Shown here: positions 42,556-51,755 of the stretch, in pieces | Position numbering within the stretch: position 1 is the first letter of the stretch | Layout: every line of letters begins with the position of its first letter | Assembly (NCBI GenBank): GCA_047601445.1 | Contig: JASGJH010000001.1 | Span: 416,001-480,000 of the forward strand | Origin: Myxococcales bacterium | Lineage (GTDB): Bacteria > Myxococcota_A > Polyangia > Polyangiales > DASUME01 | Direction: 5' to 3' | DNA: 64,000 nucleotides | Made by a program: the position numbers and the translations under genes | The notes under the pieces: model-generated | What the model saw: only the letters and a program-made list of their open reading frames with translations | Database searches by the model: none | Told to the model about the DNA's origin: nothing

Positions 42556-43524
42556 ATGAAGGAACTCAAGTGCGCGCCACGCAGGGACGGGGAGGCCAGC
42601 GCCACCGGAACCAGGCGCGTCCTCGACGATGACGATCCCACCGAGATCATCTCCGAGGTACCCAAGGGCAAGAGCCCCCTCGATATGGCTATTGGTGACC
42701 GTATCGGTGACTACGTCCTCGAGCGGCACATCGGCGACGGTGGTGGCGGCATTGTCTACGCTGCCCGCCATCAGCTGACAGGGCGCGCCGTGGCACTCAA
42801 GCTGCTCCGGCCGGAGATGGCTCTCTTGAACAAGATGGTCACCCGCTTCGTGCGCGAAGCCGAGGCCGTCAATCGCATCAAGCACCCCAACATCGTAGAG
42901 ATGCTGGAGTTCGGCGAGCTACAGCCCGGGCGCCCCTACTATGTGATGGAGCTGCTCGAGGGCATGGATCTCGGCACGTACTTGCGAACCAAGGGACGCC
43001 TCAGGCCCCCGGCGTGCTTCGAGATCTTGGCGCCGGCTCTTTCTGCTGTGGCCGCCGCTCACAAGGTCGGCATCGTCCATCGCGATATCAAGGCCAGCAA
43101 CATCTTCGTGGCTCAGATCAACGGCAAGCAGACCGTCAAGCTGCTCGACTTCGGTATCGCCAAGCAAGTGAACCCCGAACCCGGCAAGGAGGGGCTCACG
43201 GAACCCGGCGCGCGGCTCGGTACAGCCTCCAACATGGCCCCCGAGCAAATCCGCTGCGAACGCACCGACGAGCGCACGGACATCTACGCGATCGGCGTGG
43301 TCATGTTCCAGCTGATGACTGGGCATTACCCATTCGAAGCCGATGATCCCTGGCAGATGTCCTGGCTGCATCTGCAGGCGCCGCCCCCGCAGCCGAGTCT
43401 TCTGGTGGCGCGCATTCCGCCCGCCCTCGACGCCGTCATCCTCAAGTGCCTCGAGAAAAAGCCCGAGGCGCGCTTTCAATCGGTGGATGATCTCATCGCG
43501 GCCTTCCGCGCAGCCATCGCGTAG
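42556..43524 (+). CDS. Soluble Ser/Thr protein kinase
   Basis: GDGGGG, VALK, HRDIKASN, DFG and GTASNMAPEQ. GAGGAG RBS. Kinase domain only. Confidence 0.93.
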   Translation: MKELKCAPRRDGEASATGTRRVLDDDDPTEIISEVPKGKSPLDMAIGDRIGDYVLERHIGDGGGGIVYAARHQLTGRAVALKLLRPEMALLNKMVTRFVREAEAVNRIKHPNIVEMLEFGELQPGRPYYVMELLEGMDLGTYLRTKGRLRPPACFEILAPALSAVAAAHKVGIVHRDIKASNIFVAQINGKQTVKLLDFGIAKQVNPEPGKEGLTEPGARLGTASNMAPEQIRCERTDERTDIYAIGVVMFQLMTGHYPFEADDPWQMSWLHLQAPPPQPSLLVARIPPALDAVILKCLEKKPEARFQSVDDLIAAFRAAIA

Positions 43525-43534
43525 CTCTCCGCGA

Positions 43535-43960
43535 TCAGTGCAGGAGCGTCTCTGGCGGACGCGGTCGCTGCGCGCGACCGGCCAACACCGGCGACGCATG
43601 ATGGTGGGCGATGCGCCAGATGCCATCTTCCAGCACGAACGTGTTGATGGCGGTCATCGCGTTCTCGACTTCGCTGCCCTGCACCGTCGTCAGCAGGATC
43701 TCGCGGCACAGCACCCAACCGGCGTCCGCGCCGGCCACGATGGACGCGACCTCGACGCGAAAGCGGATCTCACGCGTGCCCTCGAAGATGCCGCGCCAGC
43801 TCTGCATCACGGCTTCGTGGCCGATCAACAGGTCCCAGCCGGGGTGGACGCAGGTGACGTTCGCCTTGCGTGCCCACTGGTCGGTCATGCGGTCGATATC
43901 GAGACTTTCGAAGGCCGCGTAGAAGGCGTCGTTAGCGGCACGCAGGGCAGGCTGGCTCAT
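43535..43960 (-). CDS. NTF2/SnoaL-like protein
   Basis: ANDAFYAAFE, CVHPGW, SWRGIF and WRIAHHHAS. Confidence 0.9.
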   Translation of the reverse strand: MSQPALRAANDAFYAAFESLDIDRMTDQWARKANVTCVHPGWDLLIGHEAVMQSWRGIFEGTREIRFRVEVASIVAGADAGWVLCREILLTTVQGSEVENAMTAINTFVLEDGIWRIAHHHASPVLAGRAQRPRPPETLLH

Positions 43961-44091
43961 AAGGAGACGGTATTACCCCGCCCCCATCGAGCGCGCGAGG
44001 CGTCATCCCGACGTCGGACGAAGCAAGGCTCGCACAGCCCGACGTAACGAGGAGGTGCGGCCCGGGCCTCGAGGGATACACTTCGAGCCTC

Positions 44092-45375
44092 ATGAGCGAC
44101 CCGAACTCCAAGCAGCTATTCGAGCGCGCCCAGCGCGTTCTACCCGGCGGCGTCAATTCTCCCGTGCGTGCCTTCAAGGCAGTCGGCGGCGAACCGGTGT
44201 TCATCCGCGAGGCCCGCGGCCCGTACATCTACGGCGCCGATGGAGCGGAGTACGTCGACTTCGTGTGCAGCTGGGGGCCCATGATCCTCGGTCATGCGGA
44301 GGCTTCGGTGATTCAAACCATCGCCCGCACGGCGGCGCTCGGCACCAGCTACGGTGCGCCCACCGAGGGTGAGATCGTGATGGCCGAGACCCTGATCGAA
44401 GCGTTGCCTTCGATGGAGATGGTGCGCCTGGTTTCGAGCGGTACCGAAGCCGTGATGGGTGCGCTGCGCGTGGCGCGCGGGTTCACGGGGCGAGATCTCA
44501 TCATCAAGATGGAGGGCGGGTTTCACGGCGGCGCGGACTATCTGCTGGTGAAGGCAGGCAGCGGCTTGGCGACCTTGGGCGTGCCCGACAGCGCGGGCAT
44601 CCCGGCCGACGTGGCGCGCGTGACCTTGACCGTGCCCTACAACGATCTCGACGCAGTGAAGGCCGTGTTCCGGGCCCATCCCGAGAGCATCGCGGCGCTC
44701 ATCATCGAGCCGATCGCCGGGAACATGGGCTGCGTGCCACCGGCTCCGGGCTACCTGGCGGGACTGCGCGAGGTCACCCAGCAGCACGGCGCCCTGTTGG
44801 TGTTCGACGAGGTCATCAGCGGCTTCCGCGTTGGCTACTCCGGCGCCCAGGGCATGTTCGGGGTGAAGCCTGACCTCACCACGCTCGGCAAGATCGTCGG
44901 GGGAGGCCTTCCTCTCGGAGCCTACGGCGGCCGTCGCGACATCATGTCGAAGATCGCGCCGCTCGGTCCCGTGTACCAGGCCGGCACGCTGAGCGGGAAC
45001 CCCGTGGCGGTGCAGGCTGGGCTCGCCACGGTGCGCAAGCTCCAGGGGGAGGGGACCTACGAGCGTCTCGACCAGCTCGGCGCCCGGGTCGAAGCTGCCT
45101 TCGTCGAGGCCGCCAAGGCTGCCGGCGTGCCGCTCACCGTGCAGCGGGTGGGTTCCATGCTCACGCCTTTCTTCAGCCAAGGTCCCGTACGCAACTGGAA
45201 CGATGCGGCCGGCTGCGACACGGCCAAGTTCGGACGCTTCCACCGCGCCCTGCTCCAGGAGGGCGTGTACTGGCCACCCTCTCAGTACGAAGCTGGGTTC
45301 GTCTCGCTCGCTCACGACGAGCGCGCGCTGCAGCGCGTCGAGGGGGGCCTTCGGAACGCGTTTCGAGCGATCTAA
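44092..45375 (+). CDS. hemL: Glutamate-1-semialdehyde 2,1-aminomutase
   Basis: PGGVNSPVRAF, SWGPMILGH, SGTEA, FDEV, TTLGKIVGGGLP and YQAGTLSGNP. Confidence 0.97.
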   Translation: MSDPNSKQLFERAQRVLPGGVNSPVRAFKAVGGEPVFIREARGPYIYGADGAEYVDFVCSWGPMILGHAEASVIQTIARTAALGTSYGAPTEGEIVMAETLIEALPSMEMVRLVSSGTEAVMGALRVARGFTGRDLIIKMEGGFHGGADYLLVKAGSGLATLGVPDSAGIPADVARVTLTVPYNDLDAVKAVFRAHPESIAALIIEPIAGNMGCVPPAPGYLAGLREVTQQHGALLVFDEVISGFRVGYSGAQGMFGVKPDLTTLGKIVGGGLPLGAYGGRRDIMSKIAPLGPVYQAGTLSGNPVAVQAGLATVRKLQGEGTYERLDQLGARVEAAFVEAAKAAGVPLTVQRVGSMLTPFFSQGPVRNWNDAAGCDTAKFGRFHRALLQEGVYWPPSQYEAGFVSLAHDERALQRVEGGLRNAFRAI

Positions 45376-45426
45376 GTCGCGGAAACCACGCATCAAATCC
45401 AGGCGTGCTCTGGTCTTGGACCAGCC

Positions 45427-45455
45427 TTGACCCCAAGAAGGGGCTGTGCTAGGTA
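45427..45455 (+). promoter_or_regulatory. Putative sigma70 promoter of the atp F0 operon
   Basis: TTGACC (45427-45432), 17 bp spacer, TAGGTA (45450-45455) with an extended TGc. Confidence 0.65.
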
Positions 45456-45703
45456 GCCGCGCGCTTGACGGGCGGAGACCCGGGTGCAGGCAGCGCGACG
45501 GAGCATCGTTCCGCGCGTCGCAGGTCCCTGAAACCGCACGACAAGCAGTCACGGTCGAGACGCGCGGAAGTCGCGCGTGAGCAGAACAGAGTGCGTCTCC
45601 AGGACGCCATAGAGACGGGTGCCCGAGTCGGGCGCCAAGTTACGGGGGCGCCCTGCGAGGCGCCGGTCACAGGGGCGCTCTGCGGAGCGCCAAGGAAGGC
45701 ACG

Positions 45704-45958
45704 ATGAGCCTCATCGGGCCGGAGGGCAGAAAACAACTCAAGCTGGCAGCGCGGTTTGCTTCGGCGGGACTTGAACTCGCCATCTCCATCGTCATCGGGT
45801 ACTTCGGCGGACGCGCATTGGACCGCTGGCTCGGGACGGGCCCCTACCTCGAATACGGGGGCTTGCTGCTCGGCATCGCATCTGGTTTTCGCACCCTCTT
45901 CAAGCTCGCTCGCACCGCCCAGAAAGCCGCCGGAGACGGCTCGGATTCCTCCCCCTAG
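45704..45958 (+). CDS. AtpZ/AtpI-type small F0F1 accessory membrane protein
   Basis: GLELAISIVIGYFGGRALDRWLGTGP..GLLLGIASGF. First gene of the atp operon. Confidence 0.88.
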   Translation: MSLIGPEGRKQLKLAARFASAGLELAISIVIGYFGGRALDRWLGTGPYLEYGGLLLGIASGFRTLFKLARTAQKAAGDGSDSSP

Positions 45959-45978
45959 CCCCCCAGAACCTCAGCTTC

Positions 45979-46362
45979 ATGACGACCCCCAACAACCTCC
46001 AACGCCTGAACCGGCCGCTGCTCACACTGGCAGCGATCCTGGTATCTGCGGCGTTTGGCTTGTGGGGCTCGGAGCGCGCGTTGGCCGCGCTCGCTGGTGT
46101 GATCGTGGGCCTGGCGAACTGGTTTTCGCTCGGCTGGTTGATGGGGCGTTTGGTGCTCGCCCAGCGCGCTCAGCGCGCCGTGATCTCTCTGCTCTTGGTG
46201 GGGAAGATCGGCCTGTTGATGGCCATTGTGTTCGTCCTGCTCAGGCACCTCAAGCTCGATGCGGTGGGGCTCCTGTGGGGACTTAGCGTGTTGTTTCTCG
46301 GACCCGTCATCAGCGCGCTGCTCGTCGGCGCGCCGAGCGCCGTGGCCCGCGAGGAGAATTAG
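45979..46362 (+). CDS. atpI: ATP synthase protein I
   Basis: Four-TM small protein directly upstream of atpB. Confidence 0.75.
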   Translation: MTTPNNLQRLNRPLLTLAAILVSAAFGLWGSERALAALAGVIVGLANWFSLGWLMGRLVLAQRAQRAVISLLLVGKIGLLMAIVFVLLRHLKLDAVGLLWGLSVLFLGPVISALLVGAPSAVAREEN

Positions 46363-46365
46363 TCG

Positions 46366-47154
46366 ATGCCTCACGACCAGTCTTGGTTCAACCTGCTGCC
46401 CTTCTTTCATGCGCTCGAAGCGGCCGCGGCCAAGTTGTCGGCACCCTTCAATAGCGAGGGCGTCAGCTGGATCGAGCATGCTCCTATCAGCGTCCAGCAC
46501 GTGCTCGGCCTGGCCACCGTGCTCCTGGTCCTCATCCTCTTGGCGCTAATCGCCCACGGGTCCCTCAAGGACACCAAGAGCGCGATCATCCCCGAAGATC
46601 GCATGTCGGCCCGCACGTTCGTGGAGCTGTTCGTCTCCACGGCTTACTCGATGATGTCCGACATCATGGGCAAGAAGGCCGCCAAGTTCTTCCTGCCGCT
46701 CATCGGCACCTGCGCCTTCATCATCCTCTTCTCCAACCTGATGGGACTCATCCCCGGGTTCTCGCCGCCCACCGGCAACCTGAACACCACGGTGGCGCTC
46801 TCGCTGGTGATCTTCTTCGCGACCCACATCTACGGTCTCAAGGAGAACGGCGTCGCGTACCTGAAGCACTTCATGGGCCCCGTGCTCGCGCTGGCGCCCC
46901 TGTTCATCGTGATCGAGATCATCAGCAACCTTGCGCGCCCGCTCTCGCTGTCCATCCGCTTGATGGGCAACATGTTCGCGGACCACCAGGTCGTCGGTGC
47001 CTTCAACGACATGGTGAAGTGGATCGTGCCTGTCGCGCCGATGGTGCTAGGCACGCTGGTGTGTGTGGTGCAGACGCTGGTCTTCTGCATCCTCTCGACC
47101 GTGTACATCGGCATGGCGGTCGCGCACCACGATCATGAAGAGGCTCATCACTGA
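46366..47154 (+). CDS. atpB: F0F1 ATP synthase subunit a
   Basis: FIILFSNLMGLIPG, PTGNLN, ARPLSLSIRLMGNMFADH and QTLVFCILS. Confidence 0.97.
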   Translation: MPHDQSWFNLLPFFHALEAAAAKLSAPFNSEGVSWIEHAPISVQHVLGLATVLLVLILLALIAHGSLKDTKSAIIPEDRMSARTFVELFVSTAYSMMSDIMGKKAAKFFLPLIGTCAFIILFSNLMGLIPGFSPPTGNLNTTVALSLVIFFATHIYGLKENGVAYLKHFMGPVLALAPLFIVIEIISNLARPLSLSIRLMGNMFADHQVVGAFNDMVKWIVPVAPMVLGTLVCVVQTLVFCILSTVYIGMAVAHHDHEEAHH

Positions 47155-47302
47155 GCCTGGCAAGAAGCTCACCTCTGAGCTCAAGCGGGCCGACTGCCCT
47201 AGGACTTTTGGTCTCGAGTGCACAAGCCTCGGGGCCAGACAGAAGCAAATCAACCCGGACTCGAGAACCCGGCCGGTAAAGAAAGAAAGTTGGAGGCTCT
47301 CA

Positions 47303-47629
47303 ATGAAGAATAAGATGCTCAGTCTGTTGTCCGTCGTGTTCACCATGCTCATCGCGTCCAGCGCGTTCGCTCAGGAGGCCGCTGGCTCCTCGAACGAGTG
47401 GAGCGTGAAGACCTGGGGCCTGCTCGCCGCCGGTCTCGGCATGGCTCTCGCGGCCTTCGGTGGTGCGCTCGGCCAGGGCAAGGCTGCTGCTGCTGCTCTC
47501 GAGGGCATCGCGCGCAACCCCAGCGCGTCCGACAAGCTCTTCACCCCCATGATTCTCGGCCTCGCGCTGATCGAGTCCCTCGTCATCTACTCGCTCGTTA
47601 TCTCGATCCTCATCCTGAACAAGGTCTGA
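47303..47629 (+). CDS. atpE: F0F1 ATP synthase subunit c with N-terminal signal-like extension
   Basis: GGALGQG, GIARNP and GLALIESLVIY. GGAGG RBS. Confidence 0.96.
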   Translation: MKNKMLSLLSVVFTMLIASSAFAQEAAGSSNEWSVKTWGLLAAGLGMALAAFGGALGQGKAAAAALEGIARNPSASDKLFTPMILGLALIESLVIYSLVISILILNKV

Positions 47630-47683
47630 GGACACGGCCCGGCCGGCAAGCTCACTCGCGCACGGTACTACGGGTTGATCGAG

Positions 47684-47733
47684 AAAAAGGACGGTCTGCT
47701 TGGCGATGGTCGCCAGGCGGGCCGTTTCTTTTT
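47684..47733 (+). terminator. Intrinsic terminator after atpE (possibly bidirectional)
   Basis: AAAAAGG-ACGGTCTGCTTGGCGA-tgg-TCGCCAGGCGGGCCGT-TTCTTTTT. Confidence 0.85.
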
Positions 47734-47953
47734 GTGGCGATCAGCCACACAGCTCCGCAAGCGGTGGTTACTTTTCGCGCTCGTCCTGTCACGTACGCCA
47801 CAACATTCCGCTACCTACTGGATTCGATAGAGGAAATCCGCACGGAAAACTTCACATCATTCGAGGAAGCCGTGCGAACATGGGCGCCATGTCGGGGCCG
47901 GGGATAGCCAACGCATGGGACACGAAGTAGGTGGCCGGCTTGGAGCAGTTTTG

Positions 47954-48280
47954 ATGCACGAACTGCGTCGTCACCCCCGCGTGGAGTTCGATCGCAAGGT
48001 TTGGTGCGAGCATCAGGCGTTGACGCTGTATTTGCCCGTTTCGAACGTGAGCGTGGGGGGCATGTTCCTCCAGACCAGCGCGCGCTTTCGGGTCGGGGAC
48101 ACCGTGCGTGTGTCCCTCGAACTCGAGGAGACCACGGGTGAGCGGGTGGTCGCCGACGTCGAGGTCGTGTGGAGCGGAAAGACGGGTCGCATCCCGGGCT
48201 TTGGCTGTCGCGTCGTGCGGTTCTCCGAGGGCGAAAGCGCCTACATGCGCCTAGTCGATCGCCTCGTGGCCCGCGCCTAG
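47954..48280 (+). CDS. Stand-alone PilZ domain protein
   Basis: RRHPR (RxxxR) and NVSVGG ((D/N)xSxxG) c-di-GMP-binding motifs. Confidence 0.88.
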   Translation: MHELRRHPRVEFDRKVWCEHQALTLYLPVSNVSVGGMFLQTSARFRVGDTVRVSLELEETTGERVVADVEVVWSGKTGRIPGFGCRVVRFSEGESAYMRLVDRLVARA

Positions 48281-48362
48281 TCCGAAAACCGCTGCTACAA
48301 TGAGCGGACTGTGCGCGAGTGCGTGGAATGCATCGCGCCGGCAACCGTTGAGTGGAGCGGAC

Positions 48363-48878
48363 ATGGAGCCAAGCGGACGAGAGCCGAGCGAAGCGCAGGA
48401 GCCGACCCAGGCACGTTCGGGTGCGGGGCCCATCATCCGTGTGGCGCTGGTGTTGAGCCTGCTCGGTGGAGCGGTGGCCTTCCTGCTGCTCGGGGGCTCG
48501 GCTTCCGAAGCCTTCGTGTACTCGAAGCTGGTGGACCAGGTGATGCAGGACCCGGCGCAGTTCAAGGGGCGAGAGCTCCGCGTCGAGGGCCAGCTCAAGC
48601 CGGGTTCGATCCAGTTCCGTGAGGATCCCTGCGAGTGGCGCTTCGTGGTGGAGAAGGCCGGCAAGGAGATGCCCGTGCGCTTCCCGCAGTGCGTGGTGCC
48701 CGACACCTTCCGCGACGGCATGGGCATCAGCGTCACGGTGCAAGGCAAGCTCGCGCCGGACGGCGCAAGCTTCATCGCGAACCAAGTCGTCCCGCGTTGC
48801 CCGTCCAAGTACGAGATGCAGCAGCGCAAGAAGAACGGCGAAGTCATGCCGCACGGGGATGCCCTCAGCTCCAAGTGA
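48363..48878 (+). CDS. ccmE: Cytochrome c maturation heme chaperone CcmE, CxxxY type
   Basis: N-terminal TM, LRVEG..PGSI, VPDTFRDG and CPSKY. Confidence 0.9.
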   Translation: MEPSGREPSEAQEPTQARSGAGPIIRVALVLSLLGGAVAFLLLGGSASEAFVYSKLVDQVMQDPAQFKGRELRVEGQLKPGSIQFREDPCEWRFVVEKAGKEMPVRFPQCVVPDTFRDGMGISVTVQGKLAPDGASFIANQVVPRCPSKYEMQQRKKNGEVMPHGDALSSK

Positions 48879-48939
48879 CCGGGATCCCCGCACGACCCAG
48901 TGCTTCCGGTGCGCGTTAGAGGCACGCAGGTAATCGGGA

Positions 48940-48969
48940 TTGACTCGGGTGTGACCGGCCGCGTACATC
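48940..48969 (+). promoter_or_regulatory. Putative promoter for pyrR (leaderless geometry)
   Basis: TTGACT, 18 bp spacer, TACATC, then 7 nt to GTG 48977. Confidence 0.5.
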
Positions 48970-48976
48970 CTGTGGC

Positions 48977-49552
48977 GTGAGCTCAAGCCAACGCCCGCCC
49001 AGCATTCCGCCACCCGAGCTGGTGCTCGACCACGACGACATCGCGCGCGCCATTCGGCGCATCGCTTCGGCCATCGTCGAGCAGACCAGAGGCGGCAAGG
49101 AAATCGCCTTGGTGGGCATTCGCGGCGGTGGCGTCCCGCTCGCCAACCGCATCGCCTCCGATTTGCGCGCCCACGAGGGGCTGCGCGTGCCCATCGGCAC
49201 CGTGGAGATCGCCTTCTACCGGGACGACGTGGCGACCGCCAAGCCCAACCTCACAGCCGAGCCCAGCGCCATCGATTTCCAGGTCGACGGGCGCGACGTG
49301 GTGCTCGTGGACGACGTGGTGCAGACCGGGCGCTCGGTGCGCGCGGCCATCGATTGCTTGCTCGACTACGGTCGGCCTCGCCGTGTGTGGCTCGCCGTGT
49401 TGTGCGATCGCGGCGGACGCGAGCTGCCCATCGCGGCAGACTTCGTGGGACGCAAGGTCGACGTGCCGCAGGGCGGATATTTGGAAGTCAGCTTGGGTGG
49501 GCCCAGCGACCGGGTCGTGCTAGTGCGGCCCCCAATCTCGTTTCCAGACTGA
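48977..49552 (+). CDS. pyrR: Bifunctional PyrR / uracil phosphoribosyltransferase
   Basis: [39 protein letters not shown] and [15 protein letters not shown]. Confidence 0.95.
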   Translation: MSSSQRPPSIPPPELVLDHDDIARAIRRIASAIVEQTRGGKEIALVGIRGGGVPLANRIASDLRAHEGLRVPIGTVEIAFYRDDVATAKPNLTAEPSAIDFQVDGRDVVLVDDVVQTGRSVRAAIDCLLDYGRPRRVWLAVLCDRGGRELPIAADFVGRKVDVPQGGYLEVSLGGPSDRVVLVRPPISFPD

Positions 49553-49572
49553 GCGAACGTGTGGGAGGCAAG

Positions 49573-50535
<963 letters not shown>

Positions 50536-50543
50536 GGCGGGAG

Positions 50544-51719
50544 ATGGCCGTTCTTACGGGACTCGACCGGATCTCCGGACGTGAATCCGAAGCGCTGCAC
50601 CTGGTTCAGGGGCGGCGCGTGGGACTGCTCGCCCATCCCGCCAGCGTCGACGGCTCGCTGCGGCACGCCGAAAGTGTGCTGGAAGGTGCGGGTGCCCGTG
50701 TGGTCGCCTTGTTCGGTCCCGAGCACGGCTACGCGGGCGAGGCCCAGGACATGGTGGGGGTCGACGCCGAGCAGCGTCACCAGGTGCCTGTCTATTCTTT
50801 GTACGGCAGCACCTTCGACGATCTCTCGCCGCGACCGGAGTGGGTGCGCGGCCTCGACGCGGTGGTGATCGATCTGCAGGACGTGGGGAGTCGCTACTAC
50901 ACCTTCGTGTGGAGCGCGGCCCTGATGTTGCGCGTGTGTGCTCGCGAGGGCGTGCCGTGCCTGGTGCTCGACCGACCGAACCCGCTCGGCTGCGAGGTGA
51001 TGGAGGGTGCGCCGCAGCGCCCGGGCTATCGCTCGTTCGTGGGGCTCTACGACTTGCCCGTGCGGCACGCCATGACCATCGGCGAGATCCTCAACATGGT
51101 GCGGCGCCTGGATGGGCTCGACCATGAGGCGCTCAACGTGGTCCGCATGTTCGGCTACGAGCGCTCGATGCAGTGGTACGACACGGGGCTGCCCTGGGTC
51201 TTGCCGTCGCCCAACATGCCCACGCCCAACACCGCGTTCGTGTATCCCGGCGGCTGCTTGATCGAGGGCACCAATCTGTCGGAGGGGCGTGGGACCACGC
51301 GCCCGTTCGAGATTTGGGGGGCGCCCTTCGTGGATGGACGGCGTCTCGCGCGGGACCTGAGTGTCCACGCCGAGGGGGCGATCCTGAGGCCCCTGATGTT
51401 CGAGCCCACCTTCCACAAGCACGCCGGGCAGCGCTGTGGCGGGGTGCAGGTGCACGTGACGGATGCGCTGAAATTCCGCTCCTATGCGCTGTACTTGCGG
51501 ATGATCGCCTACGCTGCGCTGGCCGCCGGAGGGGGCTTCGCCTTCCGCCGCGAGACCTACGAGTATGTGAGCGACATTCCTGCGATCGACCTGCTCACGG
51601 GCGGTCCCGAGTTTAGAGAGGCCGTCGAGTCGCGCTCTGCACTGGACGACCTGTTCGTGCTCTACGGGCAATATCTGGCGGCCTTCGAGCCCCAGCGTCG
51701 CGAGTGGCTGCTCTACTGA
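50544..51719 (+). CDS. namZ: Exo-beta-N-acetylmuramidase NamZ (DUF1343)
   Basis: LFGPEHG, YSLYG, DLQDVGSRYYTF, VLDRPNPL, PSPNMP and EGTNLSEGRGTTRPFE. Confidence 0.92.
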   Translation: MAVLTGLDRISGRESEALHLVQGRRVGLLAHPASVDGSLRHAESVLEGAGARVVALFGPEHGYAGEAQDMVGVDAEQRHQVPVYSLYGSTFDDLSPRPEWVRGLDAVVIDLQDVGSRYYTFVWSAALMLRVCAREGVPCLVLDRPNPLGCEVMEGAPQRPGYRSFVGLYDLPVRHAMTIGEILNMVRRLDGLDHEALNVVRMFGYERSMQWYDTGLPWVLPSPNMPTPNTAFVYPGGCLIEGTNLSEGRGTTRPFEIWGAPFVDGRRLARDLSVHAEGAILRPLMFEPTFHKHAGQRCGGVQVHVTDALKFRSYALYLRMIAYAALAAGGGFAFRRETYEYVSDIPAIDLLTGGPEFREAVESRSALDDLFVLYGQYLAAFEPQRREWLLY

Positions 51720-51755
51720 GTACAAAGCGAGGCGGCACCCGTCCATAATGTCCGG

